Virus record (IMG/VR): IMGVR_UViG_3300032203_000022
Coordinates: 1-27,900 of that record
Length of the DNA: 27,900 nucleotides
From: a virus
Lineage: Duplodnaviria; Caudoviricetes
Strand: one strand, 5' to 3'
The notes beneath the pieces were generated by a model. That model saw nothing but the letters and a program-made list of their open reading frames with translations, ran no database searches and was not told the DNA's origin. The stretch's first letter is position 1, and each line of letters starts with the position of its first letter. The position numbers and the translations under genes are program-made. This document shows, in pieces, positions 8,831 to 18,482 of this stretch.

Positions 8831-9138
8831 CAGGCTGGGTTGAGTGGCATCTCAACCCAGCCGTCACCCAGTGTGAAGAGTGTTCCGAGACGTGGGGCGG
8901 GGAGCCGCCCTGCGCAGAGTGTGAGCGGCCGAAGTCTTTGGCCGCGGCAAATGACCTGGCCTGGCGATGCTGGCTCTATTGCAACAAGGGCGGCCGGGAC
9001 GGCATGAGCGGGGCAATGCGGATAGAGGCGGTCATGGCGGTGCTGGCCGGAATGGGCGGCGCCGAGGACGACGTTGACAGGGTGCTGGTGGTGGAGGAGA
9101 TTGCCGCCAGGTATCGCAAAAAGGACGACCATGAATGA
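8821..9138 (+). CDS. Tail chaperone extension (gpT-like part of the gpGT fusion)
   Basis: -1 frame reads KLTGWVEWHLNPAVTQCEECSETWGGEPPCAECERPKSLAAANDLAW...KDDHE and is continuous with track ORF 8938..9138. Confidence 0.8.
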   Translation, partial: GKLTGWVEWHLNPAVTQCEECSETWGGEPPCAECERPKSLAAANDLAWRCWLYCNKGGRDGMSGAMRIEAVMAVLAGMGGAEDDVDRVLVVEEIAARYRKKDDHE

Positions 9139-12100
9139 CGCGGCAATTGCCATAGCCTTGAAGATGGTTGACCAGGCAACCGGGCCGATGCAACGGGCAT
9201 TTGCCGGGATCGACAAGCAAACCGCGGCCCTTGAGCGGACCATGGCCGGATTGCGGACGGCGGTCGGCATGGTCGGCGCGGCGTTTGCCGCGGTTGGCGT
9301 GTCGATGGGTGCCGGCGAGGTGATCAGGATCGCCGACTCATGGAACAACGTCAACGGCCGTCTGCGGCTGGTGGCCGATTCAGCCGCCCAGCTCGCCGAA
9401 ATTCAAGACCGGTTGTTTGGGGTGGCCCAGGAGAGCCGGGTGGCCTACGAGCAGACCGCCGACCTGTATGCCAGGATTGCCCGCTCGACCAGGGACATGA
9501 ACCTTGGCTACGAGCAGACCATCGGCATCACCGAAACCATCAATAAATCGTTGATTATATCCGGGGCGAGCGCCGAATCGGCCAACGCCGCCTTGATCCA
9601 GCTCGGCCAGGGTTTTGCCTCCGGCCAGTTGCGGGGCGAGGAACTGAACTCCGTGCTTGAGCAGACGCCGCGGTTGGCCCAGGCCATTGCCGACGGGATG
9701 GGGGTGAGCGTCGGCAAGTTGCGGGAGCTTGGCAAGGAAGGGCAGTTGAGCGCCGAGGCGGTGACAAAGGCGCTGGTCAGCCAGGCTGATGCCATCGCCA
9801 AAGAATTCGACCGGATGCCGAAAACGGTCGGCCAGGCAATGACGGTGATGAACAATTCGATCGGCAAGATGATTTTCGGGGTTGACCAGGCCGGGGGGGC
9901 GACGGCGGCGCTTGCTGGTTGGATTATTGAGTTGGCCGGTGCCATGGATGTTTGGGCCGGGAAGAACAAGGAGGCCATTGCCGGCTGGATTAAAAATTTT
10001 CAGCTCGGGCTGATGTCGGTGCAGGCGGAAATCATGCGGGTTGCGATGCTGATCGATAAGCTTGGCGGCACCATGACATTTTTGGCGTCTTTGCCTTCCG
10101 CCATCCCGGCGGTATTAGGTATCCAAAGTTCACAAGACCGTATGCAGCGGTTGGCGGATTGGAATATCCGCTATGAGGAGCGATACCAGGAGACGGAACG
10201 GGCATTGCAGGCCCTGGCCCAGCGTTACAACGAGATTGAGAGCGGGGCGGCGTCGGCGGCGAAATCAACTGGTGATTTTGTAAAAACACAAGCGAAGACG
10301 ACAGCGGCGACCAAGGCGGGGACCGACGCGGCCAAAGACAACCAGAAAGAGCTTGACCGGCTCATTGACCGCTATCTCCCCTTGCGCCAGGAGGCCGAGG
10401 AGATCGCGGCAGCGGAGGCCGGGCTTGCCGCGTTGCGGGACAAGGGGGCCATTTCCGCGGCTGATTATGCCGTGGCCATGGATAATCTGCGGCAATCGAC
10501 GACCGCGTATAAGGAGGCGGTCAAGGGCGAGTTGGAGCTGCAGGAGAACGTCAGCCGCTTGCGTGATGAAGAGTACGCGGCGCGGGCGGCGGCAATCGAA
10601 CAACAGGAGCAGATGGTTGCCTTGTATGACGAGATGACCCTTGCCGTGTTGCCTGGCAATGCCAGGCAGATCGAAGAGGTGCGGCGGCAGTACGCGGAGA
10701 TGAAGTCGGACGTGGAGACGCTGTTTGCCAGCACCGACATGACCGCGACCGAGGCGCAGCGGCTGGTTGATGGTCTTGATGCGGCGATGGACCGCGATCT
10801 GAACGCTATCGAGGAGAGCAACAAAGAAACGGCCACCGCAATTTCCGACACCTGGAAGCACGCATTCGAGCAGATCCAGGACGCCCTTGCCGACATGCTC
10901 TACAAGTTTGAATTTTCGTGGAGTTCTATCCTTGACCTTGCCAGGCGCGGTGCTGCAGAGTATGCGGCGGCGCTGATTATGCAGCCGTTCACCGGGGCGC
11001 AGGCAGGCGGGGCAGGCGGCGGCTCGTTGTCATTCGGCAACCTCTTTTCCTCTGCCGGTTGGGGCGGGATGCAGGCCAACCTGTCAGCGTTTGCGCTGGA
11101 CGGCCTGGGCATGGAAGGGGCGAGCCAGTGGATTATGGGCCAGAACTCTTCCATTTTCGGCTCAGGACTGGCCGGGGTCGGCGCGTTGGGGATGGGGCTT
11201 TTGTCCGGGCAGAGCGTCGGCCAGTCCGGCGCGGCTGGCCTGGGTGCGTTCCTTGGCGGCATGACCCCTCTCGGCCCGCTCGGTTCGGTCATCGGCGGGG
11301 CGATTGGCAACTGGCTCGGCGGCTCGTTGTTTGGCGATGACATCCAGCGCGGGTATCTCGGCACCGGCTACCGCTACGACTACACCCCCGGCGTCGGGTT
11401 CTTGCAGACCGACAGCGCCGAATGGCGGGAGGACCGCAACGGCGAGGATTTCCGCGAGGCTTCGGCGGCACTCTCTGACAGCCTGCTTGGGGCGCTCAAC
11501 ACCATCTCCGGCTCGTTCGAGTCGCTTTTTTCCTCACTCGGCCGCGGCAGCCAGTACAGCGAATATCTTGACCAGTTCGGGGCCAGTGCCGGCGGGTCCA
11601 GGTCATATGTCAACGATCCCCGCATTGTTGAGGCTATGTATGGTCCGGGCGGCCTTTCGGCTGGGACCGGCTCGACGCTCGACCTTAACGCCTTTATCAG
11701 CGGCGAGGACGAAGACGAGATTGCCCGCAGCATAGAAAACATCTGGCAGTCTGCCACCGCCGGGATCATCGCTCCGCTGGTCGCCGGCAGTGCCGATATG
11801 CTGGCCGAGGCAATGGAAGGGTCATTTGCGGCGCTTGATCTGTCAATGTTCAGCTCCACCGCAGCCGAAAAGCTGCAAGGCGGCCTGACCGACGCAATCG
11901 ATCTGATGCGGATCGGGGAGATCACCGATACAGAGAGCCTTGAGCGCGAACTATCCGAGCTGGAAAGCGGACTCGGCCAGGCCCGCTATGTGATTGACTA
12001 TGTGACGGAGGTTGTCGGCCTGCTTGGCCAGATTGATGATTCCATCGTCTCCGGCAACCTTACCGACGCCGGGCGCGAGCTGGAAAGCATCAATGCAAAG

Positions 12101-12955
12101 TATGACGAGATGGCCGGGACGCTGGAGCGGCTGGGGGTGGTTGTCTCCGAGACGAACCTTGAACTTGCCAGGACCGAAGAGATAAACAGGCTGACCGGGC
12201 GTGTCACCGGATCGTGGCAGGATATCATTGATCAGAACACGATGGGCGAGTTTGACCTTGCCCGTAAAAACCTGGAGAAATGGCGGGATGAGGAAACCAA
12301 GAAGGCCATGGAGCTTGGCCTTGCTACCGGCCTGCTGACCCGCGCTTACGATGTCCAGCTCGACAAAATCAACGAGGCGGAAGAAGCGTTTCTTGCTGCC
12401 GAGGCCATTGCCGGGCTGAATGAAGAAATCGGGTTGTTGACTGATTCGCTGTCCGGCCTGGAAGGCGATTTGTCGGCAGTGCGGGGCGTGGTTGACTCAA
12501 TTGACGCCAAGCGGCTCGACATCGCTTACAGTGGTTTCAATCTCGCCTATCCTTCCGACCGGGTGACGGCAGCGACAGGCGATTACTCCTCACTGTTGGC
12601 CGCTGCGGGGACAAGCCCGGAGGCTGCCGGAGAATATCTCAATTTCGTCAACACTTACCTGACTGAAGCGCAGAGCGCGTACAAGTCGAGCCAGCAATAC
12701 CTTGATATTTATGACCGGGTGATGTCGGACCTTGACAGCCTTGGCTTGACCTACCAGACACAGGAAGGGCTGTTGACCGGCAGTATCGACAGCCTCACGC
12801 GGCAAATAGCTGCACTGGAGGAACGTATTGCCGGACTTGAGGCCAATGTCACCGTGATAGTGGTTGACGAGAGCGGCAACGAGGTTTCCCGGACGACGGA
12901 GACGCGGCGAATCATCCAGAACGACGACGCCAGAATCGTGAGGGCGGCGGCATGA
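9131..12955 (+). CDS. Tape measure protein
   Basis: Tape-measure N-terminal motifs (ALIQLGQGFASGQLRGEELNSVLEQTPRL), long coiled coils, Gly-rich hydrophobic stretch; ATG 9131 follows AAGGA. Confidence 0.95.
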   Translation: MNDAAIAIALKMVDQATGPMQRAFAGIDKQTAALERTMAGLRTAVGMVGAAFAAVGVSMGAGEVIRIADSWNNVNGRLRLVADSAAQLAEIQDRLFGVAQESRVAYEQTADLYARIARSTRDMNLGYEQTIGITETINKSLIISGASAESANAALIQLGQGFASGQLRGEELNSVLEQTPRLAQAIADGMGVSVGKLRELGKEGQLSAEAVTKALVSQADAIAKEFDRMPKTVGQAMTVMNNSIGKMIFGVDQAGGATAALAGWIIELAGAMDVWAGKNKEAIAGWIKNFQLGLMSVQAEIMRVAMLIDKLGGTMTFLASLPSAIPAVLGIQSSQDRMQRLADWNIRYEERYQETERALQALAQRYNEIESGAASAAKSTGDFVKTQAKTTAATKAGTDAAKDNQKELDRLIDRYLPLRQEAEEIAAAEAGLAALRDKGAISAADYAVAMDNLRQSTTAYKEAVKGELELQENVSRLRDEEYAARAAAIEQQEQMVALYDEMTLAVLPGNARQIEEVRRQYAEMKSDVETLFASTDMTATEAQRLVDGLDAAMDRDLNAIEESNKETATAISDTWKHAFEQIQDALADMLYKFEFSWSSILDLARRGAAEYAAALIMQPFTGAQAGGAGGGSLSFGNLFSSAGWGGMQANLSAFALDGLGMEGASQWIMGQNSSIFGSGLAGVGALGMGLLSGQSVGQSGAAGLGAFLGGMTPLGPLGSVIGGAIGNWLGGSLFGDDIQRGYLGTGYRYDYTPGVGFLQTDSAEWREDRNGEDFREASAALSDSLLGALNTISGSFESLFSSLGRGSQYSEYLDQFGASAGGSRSYVNDPRIVEAMYGPGGLSAGTGSTLDLNAFISGEDEDEIARSIENIWQSATAGIIAPLVAGSADMLAEAMEGSFAALDLSMFSSTAAEKLQGGLTDAIDLMRIGEITDTESLERELSELESGLGQARYVIDYVTEVVGLLGQIDDSIVSGNLTDAGRELESINAKYDEMAGTLERLGVVVSETNLELARTEEINRLTGRVTGSWQDIIDQNTMGEFDLARKNLEKWRDEETKKAMELGLATGLLTRAYDVQLDKINEAEEAFLAAEAIAGLNEEIGLLTDSLSGLEGDLSAVRGVVDSIDAKRLDIAYSGFNLAYPSDRVTAATGDYSSLLAAAGTSPEAAGEYLNFVNTYLTEAQSAYKSSQQYLDIYDRVMSDLDSLGLTYQTQEGLLTGSIDSLTRQIAALEERIAGLEANVTVIVVDESGNEVSRTTETRRIIQNDDARIVRAAA

Positions 12956-14235
12956 TGTTTTTAACCATCACCATCAACAGTACCGACCATTACGTCACCA
13001 TCGCGCCGGGTTGGGAAGGTGCGGACCACTTTTGGGCACCGCATCTGGCCGCCAACCCGCGTTTTTCCGTGGCGGTGCAGAACCAGGGCGGCTATCTCCG
13101 GCCCGACATCAATGAAATGACATTCGCGGCGGAACTGTTTGCCTCGGACTGGCCTCCACCACGGACTTGTGCGGTAACGGTCGCCGCTGGTGACGATGAC
13201 GACACGGCCACCACTGTCTTTTCCGGGCTGGTGGTGTTGCGGGGCTACAATGCGGAAACCGTCAACTATGAGGTCTGGCAGGACGAAGAAACAACCATGC
13301 TATTGACCGATGGCACCGACGAGAACGGGGCAACGGTACCTATTCCGATGCTGCTGGGGTCGGTCGGCCACTTCCTGCCGCAACGGACCCAGGACCGCAG
13401 TGGATACCAAACTTATTACAAATCAGGTGTTGCCGGGACATTGCATAGCAATTGGAAGGTTTTTGATGATGGGGTACAATTGACAACAAATGTCACCGAC
13501 AACGGCGACGGCACTTTCTCGTTGCTCGTCGCCCCGGTCGGCCAAATATCGGTGACCGGCACGAGTTCATACAACAGCCTTGACGACCTGTTCAACTGGG
13601 CGGCGTATCGGTTGGGGACAACGGCCACACTCACGACGACCGATCCATCTTTGAATGTGTTATTGCGGCAGCAAATGCCGCTGCTTGATGCACTTGATTC
13701 GATTGCCTGGTGGACGAACCATGTTTTTTCGTATGGCAGCGGCATGACGGTTGTGCACAAAAACCTTGATAACGGGTCACGGACATTGACGCGATTTTTC
13801 CCCCCACAATACAGCTTTGAGCCGCCAGTCAAGCAGGTTGTCGCCAGCTATGAAACCTTGACGCCAGGCACCCAAGTCAATTCCGCCGGGACGGTTTATC
13901 GCCTGCTCTCCGAGAAAATAGACATGGCTGCCGATGGGGAGCTTGCCATCGGCGCGGTAATCGACGCCCCATGCTACAACAACAACCGCTCCGCCGCCTT
14001 GATTGTGCTCGGCAACATTGCCAGCAACAAGGCAAAAGTGCGGGTTTCGGTCGGGGTTCCGCTGGCGGAACTCGCCACCATCCCGGCGGTGGGCGAAAAG
14101 ATTACCCTTGTTGACGACAGGTTGCCGGCCGAGAGCACGGTGGTATTCAGGGTGCGCGGCCTTGATTACAATTTTGGCGACAAAAGCAACCCGGCGATGG
14201 TGACGCTAACCGGTGAGGGGACGGTGACGGCATGA
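12952..14235 (+). CDS. Tail tip/baseplate hub-like protein
   Basis: 427 aa after the tape measure; PIPMLLG motif; C-terminal VGEKITL...FRVRGLDY OB-fold-like end. Confidence 0.6.
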   Translation: MMFLTITINSTDHYVTIAPGWEGADHFWAPHLAANPRFSVAVQNQGGYLRPDINEMTFAAELFASDWPPPRTCAVTVAAGDDDDTATTVFSGLVVLRGYNAETVNYEVWQDEETTMLLTDGTDENGATVPIPMLLGSVGHFLPQRTQDRSGYQTYYKSGVAGTLHSNWKVFDDGVQLTTNVTDNGDGTFSLLVAPVGQISVTGTSSYNSLDDLFNWAAYRLGTTATLTTTDPSLNVLLRQQMPLLDALDSIAWWTNHVFSYGSGMTVVHKNLDNGSRTLTRFFPPQYSFEPPVKQVVASYETLTPGTQVNSAGTVYRLLSEKIDMAADGELAIGAVIDAPCYNNNRSAALIVLGNIASNKAKVRVSVGVPLAELATIPAVGEKITLVDDRLPAESTVVFRVRGLDYNFGDKSNPAMVTLTGEGTVTA

Positions 14236-14984
14236 TCATTATTTACCACGATCAGCTCTATACCCAAAGTGCCACCTCGTCGGCTACCGGGTTTCCTGCT
14301 ACCAACGTCGCCACCGGATATCCACAAGAGGTGTGGAAAGCAGGGGCGACCAGCGCAACGTTTACCTGCTACGCACCGGCAATGTGCGGACACCTGGCGG
14401 CAATCAATGTGCGGGCTGACGGCGGGCTGACGGTGACGGTGACGGACACGGTGACAAGTGCGGTGTTGCTGACAGAGACTTTTGACCTGAGCTACATCAC
14501 CGACTACTCGGCCTTGGTTGCCGGGGAGCGGCGCGAGTGGAAGAACATCTGGATAAGCTGGAACTGCTCGGCCAATCCGGTCAAGATCGAGATTGCCTTA
14601 ACGGACAGCACGGCACCGGCAATTGGCTGCTTGAGGGCTGGCGCGGCAGCGGAATTCACCTTGAATCCGAAATACGGACTTGCCCATGCCCCGGTCAAGG
14701 CATGGGTGCGGCGGGAGATGAACGACACCTCTTTTTATCTTGAGCCGCGCCAGGCCAGCCACAGCCACCGGGGGCAAATCCTTTTGACCCGCGCCGACGA
14801 ATACTGGAAATTCACCGACATTTGTGACGGGGTGGCAGGAACACCGCTGGCGGTGCTGCTTGTTCGTGGATTGACGGCGGCGGAGCGGTGCCGGTTCACC
14901 CATTACGGATCACTCAGCTACCAGGGCAGCCACGACCATTACCGTCATTCTTCTATCAATTTCACGCTGGAGGATCAGCGATGA
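14232..14984 (+). CDS. Distal-tail (Dit)-like protein with a galactose-binding-like N-terminal domain
   Basis: 250 aa; SSATGFPATNV...VWK start resembles F5/8-type domains; position in the tail tip. Confidence 0.5.
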   Translation: MIIIYHDQLYTQSATSSATGFPATNVATGYPQEVWKAGATSATFTCYAPAMCGHLAAINVRADGGLTVTVTDTVTSAVLLTETFDLSYITDYSALVAGERREWKNIWISWNCSANPVKIEIALTDSTAPAIGCLRAGAAAEFTLNPKYGLAHAPVKAWVRREMNDTSFYLEPRQASHSHRGQILLTRADEYWKFTDICDGVAGTPLAVLLVRGLTAAERCRFTHYGSLSYQGSHDHYRHSSINFTLEDQR

Positions 14985-15829
14985 CAATATGGACATGGAC
15001 GGCATTCCCGGAGCCATGCACGACGAATTTCACCGTCAATTTCTACGCGGCGGCTGACTCGTGGCTTGCAAATCTCCAGGCAATTGACGCGGAAATACTG
15101 GCGGCACGGGGCGGCTTGGCCTCTACCGATGCGCGATTTGATGCGGTGGAGGGGGTGGCGTCCGGGGCCGCATCCGAGATATCGGCGGCACGGGGTGGGC
15201 TTGTTGATCTTGACGCCCGGCTTGACCAGTACGACACCGTGAAAAGCGAGGTGGAGGCGGCGAGGGCGACAGAGGTGAATGTCGATGCCCGTCTTGATGC
15301 CATTGAGGCGGGAACGCGGATTGCATCCGGGGCAATCACCCTGGCGAAAACAGATTACAGCGGCACGGCTGCCGACGGCTATGTCAAGGTGTACCGGACA
15401 GCAGCAGGAAAAGAGGTTTTTGAAGATATTACGGCGGTGGTCGGGTCGGACACCTATCAAGTCAAGCTGACCGGGAGCGGCGACACGGCAAATTATCTCG
15501 GCTCATTGCTTGGCTTCGGCCTGAATGTTTCCGCCGGGGTGCTGAAAAAGACAAATCAGGTGGAATGGACGACGGTATCCACGACCCATACCGCTGCGGA
15601 CGGCGATGCGCTGGTGGTCGCTGGCGGGGCCACGGTGACATTGCCGGCAACCCCGACAGCAGGCAACACTGTGCGCTTTGCCCCTGGCGGCGATTGGGAG
15701 GCGAGCAACGCAACGGTGGCCAGGAACGGCGAGAAGATCATGGGCTCCGCTGAGGACTTGACACTGAATAAAAATGCCGGGTTTTCCTTGGTATACAAGG
15801 ATTCAACGGACGGCTGGAGGATCGCATAA
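14981..15829 (+). CDS. Tail fibre protein
   Basis: ATG 14981 after GGAGGA; three E-x-x-AAR-x6-DARxD helical repeats; C-terminal TVTLPATPTAG...VARNGEKIMG...DGW domain like T4 gp34 proximal repeats. Confidence 0.8.
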   Translation: MTIWTWTAFPEPCTTNFTVNFYAAADSWLANLQAIDAEILAARGGLASTDARFDAVEGVASGAASEISAARGGLVDLDARLDQYDTVKSEVEAARATEVNVDARLDAIEAGTRIASGAITLAKTDYSGTAADGYVKVYRTAAGKEVFEDITAVVGSDTYQVKLTGSGDTANYLGSLLGFGLNVSAGVLKKTNQVEWTTVSTTHTAADGDALVVAGGATVTLPATPTAGNTVRFAPGGDWEASNATVARNGEKIMGSAEDLTLNKNAGFSLVYKDSTDGWRIA

Positions 15830-16632
15830 TGGTTGAGTTGTCGCAGTTTATCGGCGGCGGGCGTGTGCAGGTTGAGCGGTTCACTTCGTCCGGCACATGG
15901 ACCCGCCCTGCTGGCGTTGATGCCGTTTATTATCTGCTTGTCGGCGGGGGCGGTGCCGGTGGCGGGACAAGCGGCAACGGATCGGCTGGAGGCGGTGGCG
16001 GCGGGCAGGTAGTTGAAGGAATCATGCCTGTTGTTGGTGATGTCACTGTGACAATCGGGTCAGGCGGTGCCGGAGTTTCCGGCGGCAGCGGCAACAACGG
16101 CGGCACATCGTCTATCACCGATGGCACCACGACTGTTTCCGCGATTGGCGGCGGTGGTGGCGGTGCGGAGGGCAGCGCCGGGCAATCCGGGGCAAACGGC
16201 GGCGGGGCCGGGGCGGAGTCGACCACAAACATCACAGCATCAGGCGGCGGGGCCGGTGCTGGTGGGGACGGCTACGATGCAACGGCGCTTTACACAGAGA
16301 TTTATAAACTCGGCGGTAGCGGTGCCAACAACACAACAGCAGGCTATGGGTTCACCGGCGGGGCCAGCTCGAAGACGGCTGCAACCCAGCCGAAAAAAGG
16401 CCATGGCGGGCCAGGACGGAAAGGGTTTGGCGGCGGGGGTGGCGGTGGTGGGGCAAACTCATATACAGGGCACGGGCGCGATGGTGGCGGTGCCGGGACG
16501 ATAAACGCCAACGGCAACGCGGCCAGGGCGAACACCGGCGGCGGTGGCGGCGGGGCCGGATCGACCGACGGCACGACGCGGACCGGTGGGGCCGGGGCGG
16601 CTGGTTACTGCGAAATCATGTGGGTGGAATGA
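15829..16632 (+). CDS. Glycine-rich tail fibre tip/adhesin
   Basis: FTSSGTWTRPAGV...LVGGGGAGG...GAGAAGYCEI; polyglycine-sandwich pattern. Confidence 0.8.
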   Translation: MVELSQFIGGGRVQVERFTSSGTWTRPAGVDAVYYLLVGGGGAGGGTSGNGSAGGGGGGQVVEGIMPVVGDVTVTIGSGGAGVSGGSGNNGGTSSITDGTTTVSAIGGGGGGAEGSAGQSGANGGGAGAESTTNITASGGGAGAGGDGYDATALYTEIYKLGGSGANNTTAGYGFTGGASSKTAATQPKKGHGGPGRKGFGGGGGGGGANSYTGHGRDGGGAGTINANGNAARANTGGGGGGAGSTDGTTRTGGAGAAGYCEIMWVE

Positions 16633-16633
16633 T

Positions 16634-16816
16634 ATGGTCTACGCAATCATTGAAAACGGCGAGGTGGTGAATACCATTGTTGTTGATGGCGAATGTTCGT
16701 GCCCTGGTTCGGTGCGGATCGACACACTTTCCCCGGTTCCGGGGATCGGCTGGAGCTATGACGGCGAGACGTTCACCATGCCAGCACGGCTCCAGCCTGG
16801 GTGGAGCGGGGAATGA
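16634..16816 (+). CDS. Small tail fibre assembly-like protein (60 aa)
   Basis: MVYAIIENGEVVNTIV...PGIGWSYDGETF; pattern commonly follows glycine-rich fibre genes. Confidence 0.7.
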   Translation: MVYAIIENGEVVNTIVVDGECSCPGSVRIDTLSPVPGIGWSYDGETFTMPARLQPGWSGE

Positions 16817-16872
16817 AATATCCACTATTCTTTTTGTTGATGTTGACAAGACATATATAGAGGTGTGATGAT

Positions 16873-17733
16873 ATGCCAACCTACCTTGAGTCATACGCAT
16901 ATCTATCAGCCGATGCCAAGTGGTGGCCTGGGCTGATCTTGAAATCCGTGTCGGCGGCTGCTGAGTTCGTAACGGTGTCAGTTGACAACGAAGCTGGTGA
17001 GCAGGTCAGGATGTTGCAAACCACCTTGGCACCGAGACAGCAAAAAGTCCTGTCATCTGCTGACCTTTGCCCGGCCCCCGGACGCTACAGCCTCCGTGTG
17101 ACACGCGGTGAGCTTGTCCACCACCAGCTTTTGCAGGCAGGCCCGACACCGTTCAACTATTCTCACTCTGCTGAGATCGCAACGCAGGCAATTGATGACC
17201 CTCTTTCACCAGTGCAAATCAGTGGTCGGTTGTATATGCGCTACAACGGGCAGACTTCGTGCCGGTACATCCGGCGCAAATACCTCGATGTGCTGGAGAC
17301 TGCGGCGCTTTCAGCGATGATGATACCTGGCCGCTTTGACAACGTTCTCAACATCGGTGACGCCTGCCCACTGGTCGGGTCATGCCCGGATCATCCATCG
17401 CAGCATTCAGGCTTCTACGGGGTTGATATAGACTATCCGACGGTTCGGACAAATCTTACACAATACCGAGTACAAACCGTAAACATCTTTGAATTAACCA
17501 ATCTGTGGGACGGCGAAACATTGATAAACATCGACCGTGAGCGGTGTTTTGAGTTGTGGCGACGGCTGACCGGCACGACTATTTCGACCGATCCGAGGAT
17601 ATTGGCTACTGTCCAGGCATGGGCGGCAGCCAACGGCAAGTCGGCGGTCGATATCGCGCACGTTCAGGGCGACGTAAACAGTATTCAATACAACCATCAC
17701 ACACATATGCACGTTAAATTTAACGAACTGTGA
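16873..17733 (+). CDS. MepA/M74-like (LAS-type) zinc peptidoglycan endopeptidase with an N-terminal beta-sandwich domain
   Basis: NIGD...HPSQHSGFYGVDIDY and HHTHMHV match the MepA IGD...GHASHQxGLDVDI and HxxHMHV zinc motifs; SD GAGGTG. Confidence 0.65.
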   Translation: MPTYLESYAYLSADAKWWPGLILKSVSAAAEFVTVSVDNEAGEQVRMLQTTLAPRQQKVLSSADLCPAPGRYSLRVTRGELVHHQLLQAGPTPFNYSHSAEIATQAIDDPLSPVQISGRLYMRYNGQTSCRYIRRKYLDVLETAALSAMMIPGRFDNVLNIGDACPLVGSCPDHPSQHSGFYGVDIDYPTVRTNLTQYRVQTVNIFELTNLWDGETLINIDRERCFELWRRLTGTTISTDPRILATVQAWAAANGKSAVDIAHVQGDVNSIQYNHHTHMHVKFNEL

Positions 17734-17742
17734 GAGCTGGAA

Positions 17743-18174
17743 ATGAGAGATAAAATCGAGTGGCTTGTTGTGGCAATGGCGTTTTGTTTGATGGTGCTTA
17801 TCTCAGAGCGGGCCTTCGGCGCGACTGTGGAGGCGAGCTTTTCCCCCGCCGCGACCGCAGAGCGGCAGGTGTGCGTGTTGACCAGTGACGCGCCCGACAT
17901 CGCTGGGCGGCTGGCTGCCGGGACGCTCGGTAGTGCATTCGGGCAATGCACGACTGCGGACGGCCAGGATAAGGTTTTGGTGGCGAACATCACCCCCGGT
18001 AAACAGTGGTATTTCGTCGCCGTTTACCGTGATCCGGCGGCACACGGGATGATCGGTGATTTTACCAACGAGCTGGCACTTGACGTGCCGGTCAACGTGC
18101 TGGAGGTGGTCCCGCTCCCGGCAATCGTGCTGGACGGCCAGCAACTCAACATGACGATCACAATAAGCAAATGA
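17743..18174 (+). CDS. Exported FN3/Ig-like protein
   Basis: Signal-peptide-like N-terminus ending AFG-A; NITPGKQWYFVAVY resembles the FN3 LxPGxxYxF strand motif. Confidence 0.55.
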   Translation: MRDKIEWLVVAMAFCLMVLISERAFGATVEASFSPAATAERQVCVLTSDAPDIAGRLAAGTLGSAFGQCTTADGQDKVLVANITPGKQWYFVAVYRDPAAHGMIGDFTNELALDVPVNVLEVVPLPAIVLDGQQLNMTITISK

Positions 18175-18482
18175 AGACGATCTTTGCTGTTTTAGCCATG
18201 TTAATGCCGGTTTGTGCCGGTGCAGCCGACTTAAGGACGATCCATGCTGAGTGGGATTATGGCGGCCAGGCGGTCGGGTATCGGCTCTACATTGATGGGA
18301 CACTCCGCTGCGAGACGGTTGAGGATGTCCGGGTGCTCGAATGCGAGGTGCCGCTTGAGGTTGGGGAGAACATTTTTACCATGACAGCAGTCAACACCGA
18401 CGGTGAAACACCGCATTCAGCGCCGTTTATCTTGCAGTATGACGGTGTTGTGTTGGTGATAAAGGGAGTGAGGATACTATAA
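18171..18482 (+). CDS. Exported FN3-like protein
   Basis: Signal peptide MKTIFAVLAMLMPVCAGA; WDY...GYRLY...FTMTAVNTDGETPHS FN3 pattern. Confidence 0.65.
   Translation: MKTIFAVLAMLMPVCAGAADLRTIHAEWDYGGQAVGYRLYIDGTLRCETVEDVRVLECEVPLEVGENIFTMTAVNTDGETPHSAPFILQYDGVVLVIKGVRIL

Noticed and set aside
16834-16866. Internal promoter for the second module (TTGACA at 16843)
   Set aside because: No acceptable -10 at 16-18 nt from TTGACA; the alternative TTGTTG/TATAGA pair is weak. Left uncalled.
18171-18482. o-spanin or lipoprotein
   Set aside because: MPVC is not a lipobox; the sequence fits AxA signal peptidase I cleavage and an FN3-like fold.
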